Of a stretch of DNA of 54,147 bases, positions 27,342 through 37,410 are shown piece by piece. The notes under the pieces were generated by a model. The model was not told where the DNA came from, did no database searches, and saw only the letters and a program-made list of their open reading frames with translations. Each line of letters starts with the position of its first letter. The stretch's first letter is position 1. A program made the position numbers and the translations under genes. Source of the DNA: a virus (Duplodnaviria; Caudoviricetes); IMG/VR virus record IMGVR_UViG_3300018080_000221, positions 1 through 54,147 of that record; one strand, 5' to 3'.

Positions 27342-29801
27342 CTACCCCCTTATCGTTAGCGTGAACTCTTTGGTGGTTATCTCTGATGGTATATCTAGCT
27401 CAGCATCGTAGGCAGCTTGTAAATCTATCCCATGGGCCCTGACCATCTTACCCTCTAGCTTCATTACCTGGGCTGGTAGGACAAACCTGGTCATCTCCTC
27501 TAGCATACTGACCATAGCTGCCTTACTGAGCGATGGTTGGCCCATCCTATGAGAGTGCGAGGCATAAGCATGGTAGGCTGGAGTGACGTGAAACCATAGG
27601 ACTCCATCCTTGAGCTTATAGGAAAAGTTAGCACTGCCCCTAGCAGCTATGTTAACTACGAACTCTACAAAGTCATCGGCTGCTACTGGCGCCCTACCTC
27701 TAGCCACGACGTATACATTCTCAAGGGCCTGCCTCATTACCTGTATAGGTGGTCTTGGCGTTCCTAAGAAATCGGCAAGGATATCAATCCCATACCAGGC
27801 TACTGCCAGGTTACGCCTGACCCTGTCTGGCATAGGATAGACGAATGCCTTATCTACCTCCTTCTGGGCGTCGATCAAACCCTCCCGCACACCCCCGATT
27901 TGGAGCGTGTGCAGTGCATATGGTAGAGATAGGCTATGGAGGTCTACCGCCGACAGCCGCTGGAACGCACGCCAGGCAGGTGAGTCCTTCATAACGGTAT
28001 CCTTCTTGAGGTGGACGGCTACAATACGCTCCTTTACTGCTGGGTCTTGGAGCTGATCCTCACCGTCTATGGAGAAGGGCGCAGTCAGTGGGTATTGGGT
28101 TATAGTCTGGTCTGGCCGTCCTCTGGCATCGACTCCACTATCGTAGCTGAGGAGGATGTACCTCAAGAACTCCTTAGTCATATTGGCCCTGAACTCGCTG
28201 AACGAGATGGGAGGGGCATTAGACGATCCCAGGAGGGACAGCAGTACGAACCTAGTCGTATTAGCGTCGTACCCCTTGGGGTCGGTATAGCCCGCCATCC
28301 TCAGGAAGATTCTCTGGATGAGCGTCGTCTTGCCGCTGCCCTTGGTACCAGAGACAGAGAGTATGGGAAAGCGGTAGCCTGCCTCCTCGATTGCCGGCTT
28401 CAGTGGAGTAGCAGCATACCATCCTATCATAGGCCAGATAGCATCTGGGTCGTGGAGATTGGGCAGGTTCTCCGCTATGACCTCCTTGACCTCTTGGGAT
28501 AGGTGACTATCTGTGATAGAGATGGATGGTAGGTTCTTGGTAGCTGGTACATACACTATCGGGGCACGACTGTCTCCCTTCCAGATAGACCCGTCAGAAC
28601 CTATGACCGCTTCCCTGGTTACATAGTAGGTACGGTCATCGTCTACTATCGAGTGCCGTCCCATGGTCCTGGTCGAGCGGGCCAGAGGTACTCCCTTGGC
28701 CTGTAGTTGCTGGATAAGGTAGGCTGACATCTGCCTGACATGAAGGTCTCGTCCAAGCCAGTTCCACGCAGCCTTATTCAGCCTGGGGGTGAGCTTACCA
28801 AGGGAGCTGAGCTCAGTCTTGGTAAAGACTTCCCCTTTCCAGACGTGCTTAGTACCGTTAGCCCTAACGTCTGCAACGATGGCATCTTCATCCCCTTCAA
28901 GGAGGAGGAGGGGGTCGAGCACGAACGTAGACACCTGGGCTGCTCCTCTACCGGAGGCCATGTAGTAGCAGTTATCCTTCTCAACGACTGGCCCTGGTCC
29001 TGCTTGGTCCTCTGAACCTCCATCGCCAGCCTTGGTCCTTATAGTAATGACCTCTGCTGAGGATTCCCTGGCAGAGGCTATAGTCTTATCTAGGTAGTGC
29101 CCCCGTTCTGATTGGTGCTTATCCCCGCACTTATGGCAGTCAAAGATGCGGGTAATGGACTCATCACTCATTCCTGCAGAGACCAAGGCAGTCACTATCG
29201 CCCAGTCTCTCTCCGACCTGGACGTATACCCCCTACGGTCACCGTTCCTCACTTTCCTGGCCATCTTGTCTGTTATGGCGAGGGAAGCATCCACGTCACC
29301 AAGGGAGTATACGTACTCAGGTCGTATAATATCAACAGACACCACTATAGGGGCATCTGATTCTTTCATATTCATTGAGCCTGGCAATCTCATCAGTCGG
29401 TCTATATTATGACAACTATCGCCCTTGACCGACTGGGCCAGGCTGGCATTACGTGTCTCTATCTCCTTACGTTCCGGTATGAAGGTATCTATCCTCCAGT
29501 ATAAGTGGTATCCGTGGCCAGATCGGACTATGGCCGACGGAGGTAATACAGCAGGTATCAAGTCTGGACGGTCCAAGTCTACCCAGAGAACCTGACTACC
29601 TAGGCAATTGGCCTTACCTATGGCATCTGCCTTAGCCCGTACTGCTGGACCAAAGTAGACGTCTAGCTGTTCAGGTATCTTTAGAGCATCTATGGCCCTG
29701 ATGGGTATCCACCTACGATGCTCCCTATCCGTGCCTCCAATACTCAGTTCTATGAGGTTGTCGTTGTTCAGTCCACTGAAGCATAAATTTAGGAGGTCCA
29801 T
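27342..29801 (-). CDS. Primase-helicase (RepB'-like AEP primase + P-loop domain)
   Basis: WVDLD, SGHGYHLYW, RLMRLPGS.N.K, SRSERD, GTKGSGKT. Confidence 0.85.
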   Translation of the reverse strand: MDLLNLCFSGLNNDNLIELSIGGTDREHRRWIPIRAIDALKIPEQLDVYFGPAVRAKADAIGKANCLGSQVLWVDLDRPDLIPAVLPPSAIVRSGHGYHLYWRIDTFIPERKEIETRNASLAQSVKGDSCHNIDRLMRLPGSMNMKESDAPIVVSVDIIRPEYVYSLGDVDASLAITDKMARKVRNGDRRGYTSRSERDWAIVTALVSAGMSDESITRIFDCHKCGDKHQSERGHYLDKTIASARESSAEVITIRTKAGDGGSEDQAGPGPVVEKDNCYYMASGRGAAQVSTFVLDPLLLLEGDEDAIVADVRANGTKHVWKGEVFTKTELSSLGKLTPRLNKAAWNWLGRDLHVRQMSAYLIQQLQAKGVPLARSTRTMGRHSIVDDDRTYYVTREAVIGSDGSIWKGDSRAPIVYVPATKNLPSISITDSHLSQEVKEVIAENLPNLHDPDAIWPMIGWYAATPLKPAIEEAGYRFPILSVSGTKGSGKTTLIQRIFLRMAGYTDPKGYDANTTRFVLLSLLGSSNAPPISFSEFRANMTKEFLRYILLSYDSGVDARGRPDQTITQYPLTAPFSIDGEDQLQDPAVKERIVAVHLKKDTVMKDSPAWRAFQRLSAVDLHSLSLPYALHTLQIGGVREGLIDAQKEVDKAFVYPMPDRVRRNLAVAWYGIDILADFLGTPRPPIQVMRQALENVYVVARGRAPVAADDFVEFVVNIAARGSANFSYKLKDGVLWFHVTPAYHAYASHSHRMGQPSLSKAAMVSMLEEMTRFVLPAQVMKLEGKMVRAHGIDLQAAYDAELDIPSEITTKEFTLTIRG

Positions 29802-29835
29802 GGTTGCCTTTCAACTAGGGCAGGAGGGATGAGGT

Positions 29836-29863
29836 GGGAGGGTAGCGTGCGGTCTACCCTCCC
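29836..29863. other. Intergenic 10-bp stem-loop after SSB gene
   Basis: GGGAGGGTAG/CTACCCTCCC. Confidence 0.5.
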
Positions 29864-29913
29864 CAACTCTACTTTGGTACATAGCTACAGGCAATCACCT
29901 GAATGCCAGTGGC

Positions 29914-30303
29914 CTACTCCTCATCTTCCTCGGTGATCCAGGTGCTGATCTTGTTACGGACACGACCATCCCCACCATCCTCAACGGTGCGAAGCTGCTG
30001 GGTGATGTACACCTGGGCCTGAGCGCCAATCAAGTCCTCAAGGTCCAAGTCTGTGGGCAGGTTCATGGCCTTCAGTGCCTGACCAGTAATGCCTGCGCCT
30101 CGGCCTTCGAGCATCAGGTTGGGCCAGAGCTTGCGCCCTTCGTACTCCTCATGGTCGATGACCTCGACAACGAGCTTGACCATCTGCTCGCCCTTGGTGC
30201 TGGACTTGTCGAGCTTGGCCTCTTTGACCTCAATCCAGTAAGCCCCCACGGGCATCGGGGAAAAGTCTGCTGCGTTGGAAAAATCTACAGAAATCTGCGG
30301 CAT
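29914..30303 (-). CDS. DUF669-like single-stranded DNA-binding protein
   Basis: F.P.P.G.Y...GRKLW; acidic tail; AGGAGG RBS; follows AAA gene. Confidence 0.75.
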   Translation of the reverse strand: MPQISVDFSNAADFSPMPVGAYWIEVKEAKLDKSSTKGEQMVKLVVEVIDHEEYEGRKLWPNLMLEGRGAGITGQALKAMNLPTDLDLEDLIGAQAQVYITQQLRTVEDGGDGRVRNKISTWITEEDEE

Positions 30304-30374
30304 TGTTAACCTCCTAGGGTTTGCCATGTAAATAGATAGATAAACAAAACAACTACTCACTAGGGTAAAGCCAA

Positions 30375-31223
30375 TTACTTCATAAGCACCTCCATTAGTT
30401 TGCCAATGGTTGGCGACGGGACGCTATGAGGGGCATCAATGACCCCTTGCCACTTGGCCATAAAGTCCCTGCCTCCACGGGTTAGTAGGACATTGAAGTG
30501 GCCAGGGCCTGCTTGCGCCCGGTTCCTCTTTGGCTCTGGCAACCCCAAGTCCTCCCTCTGCCTACGAGAGAGTTGCTCTGCTATGACCAAGCGACCGACC
30601 AGCTCGGCGTTGGCAGGGACAGCCATATCCGACCTACCCTGGAGCATAGGGCTGTACCACGTATAGCCCAAGTCCTCAAACTCGCGTCTGGTTTGCAGAG
30701 CCGTCATCAGTACATTGACGTCTAAGCCGTAGTACTTATCGGTCAAGTTCACCATCATAGATAAGACGTCCCCCCAATGCTGAATCTCCGTACGCTTGGG
30801 CTTGTTCCCAGGTTTGAGGTCGGTCTGCCCTGTCGCGGCCTGGATACATCTACCCTGGGCATGGGTGATCGAGTCCACTACCACCGTATTGAAGTGGTCG
30901 AATCCCCAACGGTCCAGGTAGGCAGCGACGACCTCTGTAAAGTCCTTATGGGCTTGGCTTGGCTGCTTCCACCCCCTGGACTGCCCATTGGCGAACCATT
31001 CGTAGGGTACATTGAAGTCTGCAAACTTCTCGATACCTACGACCAATGGCGGAGGGTCATACCTCCGTAGGCTGATTGGCTGGCCCCTGGAGTTCAGGAC
31101 CAAGACTGGGCGCGTGGCTGGATGCTCCATGGCCGACCCCACTAACGTAGTCTTGCCCGTGCCGCTGTCCCCATAGATCAGGGCCTTGAGCAGGGCTGGC
31201 TGTTCTAGGCTGACTGATTTCAT
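30375..31223 (-). CDS. AAA_24/Sak4-like ATPase (recombinase)
   Basis: LIYGDSGTGKT, VVVDSIT. Confidence 0.85.
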   Translation of the reverse strand: MKSVSLEQPALLKALIYGDSGTGKTTLVGSAMEHPATRPVLVLNSRGQPISLRRYDPPPLVVGIEKFADFNVPYEWFANGQSRGWKQPSQAHKDFTEVVAAYLDRWGFDHFNTVVVDSITHAQGRCIQAATGQTDLKPGNKPKRTEIQHWGDVLSMMVNLTDKYYGLDVNVLMTALQTRREFEDLGYTWYSPMLQGRSDMAVPANAELVGRLVIAEQLSRRQREDLGLPEPKRNRAQAGPGHFNVLLTRGGRDFMAKWQGVIDAPHSVPSPTIGKLMEVLMK

Positions 31224-31224
31224 A

Positions 31225-31524
31225 TTACCAGTCCGGGTCCCAGTCGTGACCACGTCCGAGCGAACTACGACGCCTGCCTTCCCTCTTGACTTGACGAACC
31301 TGCTGGATGACGCTCAAGTCCCCGGAGGCAAGACCGCTAAGGGCGGCTATCTGGTTGTAGCCAGCAAATGGCTCTACAGGCTGGTCATTGTGCCAGCTAC
31401 CATCGTCAAATGGCGTGCCGTCGTTGCCGTCCCAAGTATCCACAGCAACCCACCGATCCCCAACCCATAGCTTCTTGCCATTCTTACTGAGCGTGCCTAT
31501 CTTGCGCTTCTTTTTCTTAGGCAT
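31225..31524 (-). CDS. Hypothetical protein
   Basis: Fills gap with GGAGG RBS. Confidence 0.55.
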   Translation of the reverse strand: MPKKKKRKIGTLSKNGKKLWVGDRWVAVDTWDGNDGTPFDDGSWHNDQPVEPFAGYNQIAALSGLASGDLSVIQQVRQVKREGRRRSSLGRGHDWDPDW

Positions 31525-32589
31525 TTAATCCTCCCAATAGTTTCTATTGGCAAACTCTATCTCCAGGAGTGCCTGGGCTTCGTCTGCCATATCGTGGTTG
31601 AATAAGTCGCATACCTCCTTGAAGGCGCACCAACTACAGTGGTAGCCCGACAAGGGATATATCGGTACATCTGGGTCTACCATCTGGCGACCCTCGTGCT
31701 GTAGTGCTATGACTGCCTCACTAAGCTGCTTCTTTGTCCTTGGTATCCTCCTCTCCATAAAGAACTGGTTTTCCCTAGAGCCCAGCATACTGACCACCGA
31801 CATGTTAGCTGCCAGGACGTCCTCCGCTGATACCTCATTGGCCTTTGCCCACTTCTGGACGTAGAAGCGGAACCACTCCAGGCTGAGCTGCTGCTTCTTG
31901 GCCGAGCTGAACCTCATAGGGGTACTGAGCCGCTTGGGTACATCGGGTATACGCTTCCTCAGGCAACGGTAGAGTACACCTGAAGGGGTCGGGGGGTATA
32001 GCTGCCCCGCTGCCCACATATAGGCGGTCGGCTGAATACCCCTGAACGTGCCGCTCATATTGCCCAGGCTCTTGGCGGTCTTGAACTCGAATATGTATAT
32101 CTTACCACTTCTGAGGTGACGAACTCTGCCGTCGAACCTCCCTGCATAGACGGCATCCAGCCCTGGGATTGGCACTTTGAAGCTCTCCTCAGTAGAGAGC
32201 AGGGTGTACGGATAGTCTACATTGGGAGACCATAGCTCGTAGTGCTTGAGCATAGTGAGGCCCAGTTGCCTGAGCTTGGCCATGTTGTCTTCCTCTGCAG
32301 GGATTAGTGGGCCTGTCCTGGCGATGATCTTGGCAATGCGTCCAGATAGCCACTTATCGAACCTATCCTTAGCGTCATCAAAGACAAAGCGCATCGGCTT
32401 ACCAGTACCTACAGAGTTACGATAGCCATAGTCCAAGCCCTCGTGCACCCCCAAGCCTAGGATCAATGGCTCTGGAGGGAACGAACGGCCCCTGCCCTGC
32501 CTGAGAGTGGAGCCAAAGTCCCACTTACGGCGGCAGAGTACAAAGGTCTGTAGGTCAGTGACGTGAACTTCCTTGACTAGATCATCCAT
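31525..32589 (-). CDS. PD-(D/E)XK (RecB/Cas4-like) exonuclease
   Basis: C.RKW, G..VH, GRFD, EFKT, C-terminal CSWC.F..VC. Confidence 0.85.
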   Translation of the reverse strand: MDDLVKEVHVTDLQTFVLCRRKWDFGSTLRQGRGRSFPPEPLILGLGVHEGLDYGYRNSVGTGKPMRFVFDDAKDRFDKWLSGRIAKIIARTGPLIPAEEDNMAKLRQLGLTMLKHYELWSPNVDYPYTLLSTEESFKVPIPGLDAVYAGRFDGRVRHLRSGKIYIFEFKTAKSLGNMSGTFRGIQPTAYMWAAGQLYPPTPSGVLYRCLRKRIPDVPKRLSTPMRFSSAKKQQLSLEWFRFYVQKWAKANEVSAEDVLAANMSVVSMLGSRENQFFMERRIPRTKKQLSEAVIALQHEGRQMVDPDVPIYPLSGYHCSWCAFKEVCDLFNHDMADEAQALLEIEFANRNYWED

Positions 32590-32690
32590 AAGCCCTCCTC
32601 TGGCCCTATACCTACCATAACTACCGTCAGGAGTAAGGCCCATATAGCTGCTACTATTAGTAAGATGATTATCTTGGCAATGGTCTTCAT
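32577..32690 (-). CDS. 37-aa membrane peptide (MKTIAKIIILLIVAAIWALLL...)
   Basis: AGGAGG RBS; below ORF-track cutoff. Confidence 0.5.
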   Translation of the reverse strand: MKTIAKIIILLIVAAIWALLLTVVMVGIGPEEGLWMI

Positions 32691-32745
32691 ACTGCCTCCT
32701 TTCTGGAGCATAGTGGATGGGCCCCCCAACCCATCCACCCCACCG

Positions 32746-32919
32746 CTAGAACTTCAGATTGGCGCTGCGTTCAGCATCCTTCCGTTGGATGGTCTGGACT
32801 TTGACCTTCAGCATAGCTTTGGATACCGACTCTACAGTCCTGGTCCTGCCTCCTGGTAAGGTGATCTTGGCGCGGTGGACGCCGCGTTTCTCATCATACC
32901 AGTATCTTACACTGCCCAT
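32746..32919 (-). CDS. 57-aa basic protein (MGSVRYWYDEKRGVHRAKITL...)
   Basis: AGGAGG RBS; TGATG coupling to folE stop; below cutoff. Confidence 0.55.
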   Translation of the reverse strand: MGSVRYWYDEKRGVHRAKITLPGGRTRTVESVSKAMLKVKVQTIQRKDAERSANLKF

Positions 32920-33518
32920 CATTTACCTCCTTCCTTAGCCAGGAACATAAATTCCTGGTATAGATAGGGATTACCAAGGAAGTAACCCCGCTTAACTGAC
33001 GTACCTAGGCTGCCCGTATTCTCGATACCACGGCACTGCATACAGGTATGCCGGCCAATGGCATAGGCTGCCACTGAGGACTGGCCCGTTATCTCTGCAA
33101 TCTCGTCTGCCACCTGATTGAGGAACCTCTCCTGTATCTGCAGACGGTGGGCATACTTATAGCAAACTCTGGCTACCTTGGATGCCCCCAGGTATTTATC
33201 CTTTACCTGATAGCCTACCACGACATCCATCGAGAACGGCAGTAGGTGATGCTCGCACATGGACCAGACGTCATTGACTCTGAGGACTACTAACTGACCC
33301 TGCCCCTTGGCCTCGAAGGTAGTACCTATCTTGCCAGGATCGTACTCAATAAAGGACTTCCAGAATCTAGCTACTCTGTCTGGGGTATCAACCAATCCCT
33401 CACGAGTGGGGTTCTCTCCTATGGCCCTGAGCAGGCGAGTCACCGAGATTCGGATCAAGTCCTCCTGCACACCCCCTGACTCGGCGTGTGCGGCTGCTGT
33501 CGTTTCTTCCTTCATCAT
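32919..33518 (-). CDS. folE: GTP cyclohydrolase I
   Basis: REGL.DTP.RVA, SMCEHHLLPF, SK..R, RLQIQE, HTCM..RG. Confidence 0.95.
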   Translation of the reverse strand: MMKEETTAAAHAESGGVQEDLIRISVTRLLRAIGENPTREGLVDTPDRVARFWKSFIEYDPGKIGTTFEAKGQGQLVVLRVNDVWSMCEHHLLPFSMDVVVGYQVKDKYLGASKVARVCYKYAHRLQIQERFLNQVADEIAEITGQSSVAAYAIGRHTCMQCRGIENTGSLGTSVKRGYFLGNPYLYQEFMFLAKEGGK

Positions 33519-34153
33519 TTCACCCCTATATACTTATGGACTTGGACCGACAGCCGGCAACCGAGTTGAAGGCATGCCTTGAAGGCCAGCTTGGTGGAGT
33601 GCTCCTCCTGGGAGATAGGCTGTAGGCAAACGCGCTGAGGGTCTATGTCGTGTAGGTTCATGAACGCCTTCAGCCTGGCTATAGAGGGCATCCCACCCAC
33701 CAGCCACTTGATCTCGTCTGCCCCCTCAACGACGTTCTTCAGGTAGCTACCCTCAGGGAGCATATGCTTGGGGCTTACCACGATATGGTCGATTAGGTGT
33801 GCCCCTGGGATAGGTAGGCTACCATTGGTCTCCAGATGGATGCATGGAATGGGATGGCTCAACTGGATGAGCGCCTCTAGCAGGGCCTCCAGGGGTTGTA
33901 GGCACGGCTCGCCTCCGGTCAGTACCAGGAGGTCGTTGGCATGGGCAGTCTGCTGGATAGCCTTAACCAGTCGATTCAGGGTATAGGTCGTACCCCCTTC
34001 AAGGCCGATGGACCCCTTGGTATCGCAGAAGCCGCAGTCGAGATTGCACCCCTGGAACCTGACGAAGGTAGCAGGCCAGCCAGAGAAGCGTCCTTCTCCC
34101 TGGATAGACCGGAAGATAGAGTGTACTAGGTAGGTTGGCTTAGACTTCGACAC
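33515..34153 (-). CDS. queE: 7-carboxy-7-deazaguanine synthase (radical SAM)
   Basis: SIQGEG, CNLDCGFCDT, TGGEP, ETNG, SPK, LSVQVHK. Confidence 0.95.
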   Translation of the reverse strand: MSKSKPTYLVHSIFRSIQGEGRFSGWPATFVRFQGCNLDCGFCDTKGSIGLEGGTTYTLNRLVKAIQQTAHANDLLVLTGGEPCLQPLEALLEALIQLSHPIPCIHLETNGSLPIPGAHLIDHIVVSPKHMLPEGSYLKNVVEGADEIKWLVGGMPSIARLKAFMNLHDIDPQRVCLQPISQEEHSTKLAFKACLQLGCRLSVQVHKYIGVK

Positions 34154-34679
34154 TGCATCCTCCTAAGCCCTCCCATAGAGTGACGTTTACTATCTCTACT
34201 CTGGGCAGCTCCTCTATCTTCTGCTGAAGGTACAGAGCAATATTCTCTGCAGTTGGCAGTGGAATGAAGTCATTGAGCCAGGAGTGGTCCAAGTCGTCGA
34301 TGATCTCCTTGATATCGCCAAAGTCCACTACCACGCCGTCGGCCTCGTTGACATGCCCCAACATCTCTACCTTGACTCGGTAAGAATGCCCATGAGGATT
34401 ACTACACTTACCTGGATGGCACGGCAAGTAGTGTCCGGCCTCGAAGGTACGCTCCACCGTCAGCCATGCATGGCGCTTCGGCCCTGAGGGGTTGGTACGG
34501 CAACGGACTCCCCTAACGGCCTCACCCCTGAGGTGAGGCTCTCCTGGGATGTCCACATCTGCCATCGCTTCTCGGCACTCCGCCTCTGCGGCCAGGAGTT
34601 CTTGTAAGTCTGTTATCTGCTTGAGAGCCTCAATCTTGCTCACTTGGTTACCCTTGCCTACATCTGCGTCGTGCATCAT
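34140..34679 (-). CDS. queD: 6-carboxytetrahydropterin synthase with N-terminal extension
   Basis: FEAGH, C...HGHSY, DFG, LDH..LN, PTAENIA. Confidence 0.93.
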   Translation of the reverse strand: MMHDADVGKGNQVSKIEALKQITDLQELLAAEAECREAMADVDIPGEPHLRGEAVRGVRCRTNPSGPKRHAWLTVERTFEAGHYLPCHPGKCSNPHGHSYRVKVEMLGHVNEADGVVVDFGDIKEIIDDLDHSWLNDFIPLPTAENIALYLQQKIEELPRVEIVNVTLWEGLGGCSVEV

Positions 34680-36076
34680 ACTTCCTTCCTAGAGGAGGAC
34701 AACTCCTCGATCATAGACCTTACCAAGTCCATAGTCTGCCAGGCCTGCTTGAATGCCTTGAGGACCAGGTCGTTGGTGGTCTTTTCGATATGTAGGTAAA
34801 TCGCCTCCACTGGATGATCAGTCGTGAGGCGGTGAATCCTCTGCTTAACTTGGTCCATCAGGATAGCTGAGTGGACTTGGTCGTATAGGATAATCTTGTG
34901 GGCCTTTGCCAGGTTCAGCCCAGTACCGATAGTATGGATGGTGCCTACTAGATATTGATGCTGGCCTGCCTCCCACTCTTTCTGGATACGGGCACGCTTC
35001 TTCTCGCTGATATCCCCACTGATTGCCGTGGTCTTGAGGAGGCCAGCGATATGGTTAGCAGTAGGCTTGAACCTGGTGGCTATGACCGCTGGCTCTGTAT
35101 AGCTAGAAGTCCATTCCTTGGTCCATTGGAGCTTAGCCCCTGGGATACCAGAGTCTACCGTCCAAGGATGGCTGAGGAACTGCTCTAGCCTGGTGAGCTT
35201 GGCAAGGACGTTCACCATAATGACCTTGGTAATCTTGCCGTCTTCACCCAGGATGCGCGCCTCTGCCTCTGCCTTCTTGAGCTTACGGTACACCTCCCTC
35301 TGCTTACCCTCCAGGGGCAAGGGCAGGTAGGTCTCCTGGAGCTGAGGAAGCTGGGGAGCTACATGAGTTTTCTTCCTACGCAGGCCATAGTAGGCCATGA
35401 CACGGGAGAGGAGGTCCAGGTTCTTTGCCCCCTGGAACTTGGGGTAACGACCATAGTCACCCTCCTCCATAGTAAACTCTGCAAACGTCCCCCTGAACCT
35501 CCAGAAGGATTGCCAGTCCTGACGATTGGGGGCCATCCAGTCTAGCTGGGACCACCAATCTGCTGGGTTCTTATTGAAGGGAGTAGCTGTAAGGCCGATA
35601 CGGGCGGCATCGGGTGGCGTCACATCCTTGACGGCCTTGGACCTGGCAGCCTTCCTGTTCTTGATGTAGTGGGCCTCGTCTACTATGACCACGTCCCAAG
35701 GTACAGAGGCAAACTCCTCAGTCTGGAGTCTAGCTCCTGCGTAGTGAACGACCGTCCACTTAGGGATGAGGTGACGCTTGGCCAGTGATGGCAGCTTCAT
35801 CTCAAATTCGAGTCGGTTGCCGTGAGCGTCGTACTTGAACCTGCCTCCTACAGTGGCCAGTAGCACGTCTGTGCCTGGGTCGCACTCGTGGATTTCCTGT
35901 CTCCACCAGCGCTTCAAGGTATTAGGGCAGATGACTAGGATACGCTTGCCCATATCCTTTGCCGCCATTACGGCTTGGCAGGTCTTTCCTAGTCCTGGAT
36001 CATCCCATAGATAACCCCGACCGTGGGCCTGTAGGTAGGCTACTCCTTCTTGCTGGTATGGATAGAGAGTCCTCAT
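34676..36076 (-). CDS. SNF2-family helicase
   Basis: DDPGLGKT, DEAH, LTATP, GTGLNL, RIHR. Confidence 0.9.
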   Translation of the reverse strand: MRTLYPYQQEGVAYLQAHGRGYLWDDPGLGKTCQAVMAAKDMGKRILVICPNTLKRWWRQEIHECDPGTDVLLATVGGRFKYDAHGNRLEFEMKLPSLAKRHLIPKWTVVHYAGARLQTEEFASVPWDVVIVDEAHYIKNRKAARSKAVKDVTPPDAARIGLTATPFNKNPADWWSQLDWMAPNRQDWQSFWRFRGTFAEFTMEEGDYGRYPKFQGAKNLDLLSRVMAYYGLRRKKTHVAPQLPQLQETYLPLPLEGKQREVYRKLKKAEAEARILGEDGKITKVIMVNVLAKLTRLEQFLSHPWTVDSGIPGAKLQWTKEWTSSYTEPAVIATRFKPTANHIAGLLKTTAISGDISEKKRARIQKEWEAGQHQYLVGTIHTIGTGLNLAKAHKIILYDQVHSAILMDQVKQRIHRLTTDHPVEAIYLHIEKTTNDLVLKAFKQAWQTMDLVRSMIEELSSSRKEV

Positions 36077-36273
36077 ATCGACGACCTCCAGATTGGCTTA
36101 TGTACCCACTCCAGAAGCGACTCCCATATACCAGGGAAGGCAGCCTTCAACTTCTTTAGATTGTCGGTATCTGCCTGGCGCATTGCCGCTGCCACTATAG
36201 CATAGAACGGAAACTCCCCTATGGCTAGTCGCAGGCTTTCTTTGTACTCATGTTCGTTGAGTTCTCTTGGCAT
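36073..36273 (-). CDS. Small helical protein (paralog of neighbour)
   Basis: AMRQADTDNLKKLKAAFP motif. Confidence 0.6.
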   Translation of the reverse strand: MPRELNEHEYKESLRLAIGEFPFYAIVAAAMRQADTDNLKKLKAAFPGIWESLLEWVHKPIWRSSI

Positions 36274-36434
36274 CGTCTACGTGTGACCTCCTTCTGTATA
36301 TTGGGGTAGAGAGCGCATAACTTCCTCAAGTCCACGCCCTCACCGTCCTTGATTATGGCTGCTGTTATCAGGGATCGGATACCAGATGCCTGATCAGCCA
36401 GCCGTTTGGCCTCTTCATACTCTTTATCTTTCAT
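36225..36434 (-). CDS. Small helical protein (paralog of neighbour)
   Basis: EY.E..RLA...L.KL..YP.I shared with 36073-36273. Confidence 0.55.
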   Translation of the reverse strand: MKDKEYEEAKRLADQASGIRSLITAAIIKDGEGVDLRKLCALYPNIQKEVTRRRCQENSTNMSTKKACD

Positions 36435-36918
36435 TCTCAGTCTCCAGGACACTCAACCCAAGTCCTAGCTTCTCAGAACGCTCGATAAAGGTGAGGAGGT
36501 GGCGGTAGGCATCAAGGATATGCTTACGTTGGGGATGGCCCTTGAGCTTGGTAACAAACTCTCGGACCATTGGGTACATCTTCATACGGGAGTTAGGCCA
36601 TGCCTGCTTAGCTTGGCTGGCCATCTGGTAGGTGATAGGAGTCCCTGCGTGATAGGCAAGCCACTCTATGCGACCGATCTCTCTAGCCGTATAGACCTGG
36701 CTGCCGATGTGCTGCTTGGCCTTATGGGAATAGACACGGTAGTCCTCGACTACGAGCTGGTCAGCGTAGAACAAGGAATGGTCTGCTACGACCTTGAGTT
36801 GCCCTATGCCTTGCCAGGCTCCATGGTTAACTACTGCCATGCCTGGTACCTGAGACGTGGCGACGACGGCGGTCAAGAATGCTGACGTTTCGCCTGGGTC
36901 TATTGCTAAGATTTGCAT
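36424..36918 (-). CDS. RuvC/RNase H-fold Holliday junction resolvase
   Basis: ILAIDPG, VVED, IG.IE, H..DA.RH. Confidence 0.8.
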   Translation of the reverse strand: MQILAIDPGETSAFLTAVVATSQVPGMAVVNHGAWQGIGQLKVVADHSLFYADQLVVEDYRVYSHKAKQHIGSQVYTAREIGRIEWLAYHAGTPITYQMASQAKQAWPNSRMKMYPMVREFVTKLKGHPQRKHILDAYRHLLTFIERSEKLGLGLSVLETENER

Positions 36919-36997
36919 AGCTGACTCCTTTGGTGAAAAGGAAAAGAGGAGGAGTGGGGATGGCCACTACTACCACCCCCAGAGTGCTCCTATACAC

Positions 36998-37333
36998 TCA
37001 CTCCTCCACTGAAGCATAGTCTAGCGGTACACTGAAGTCTGCCTTAGGATCGCTCCTAGTCCAGGAGGTAGGCTCTGCCTTGATCTTGGCCTGCATAGCC
37101 TTATGTAGCCTACGCTGACCGTCCATGTACCTCAGGAGGTCGGCATGCTTGACGTGGGCCACGTCCTCTATCTTATAGGCAGCGAGCTTACCACGATGGA
37201 TGTGGTTATAGACCTTCTGGACAGGTACTCCCAAGATACGAGCCACTACTTGTATGGGGTATATGTCGGCTGCTGGTATAGCCAGTAGCCAACGTTTCTT
37301 GTCCTTAGACAACCCTGCCATCCTGCTGGGCAT
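36998..37333 (-). CDS. HTH_17/excisionase-like DNA-binding protein
   Basis: VARILGV....VY..I..GKL.A.K. Confidence 0.75.
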   Translation of the reverse strand: MPSRMAGLSKDKKRWLLAIPAADIYPIQVVARILGVPVQKVYNHIHRGKLAAYKIEDVAHVKHADLLRYMDGQRRLHKAMQAKIKAEPTSWTRSDPKADFSVPLDYASVEE

Positions 37334-37380
37334 AAGACTGTTCTCCTTTAACGCGAGATTAGAACGCCTCCGAGACTTCT

Positions 37381-37410
37381 AGTATACTCTAACAGGCTGG
37401 GTTTAGTCAA
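37381..37410 (-). promoter_or_regulatory. sigma70-like promoter for replication arm
   Basis: TTGACT-N18-TATACT with CAGCCTGT in spacer. Confidence 0.75.

Noticed and set aside
31525-32589. Cas4 as part of a CRISPR system
   Set aside because: No other cas genes; it sits with Sak4-like ATPase and SSB as a standard recombination module
36998-37333. Excisionase implying lysogeny
   Set aside because: No integrase, repressor or partition genes recognised; more likely a transcription regulator
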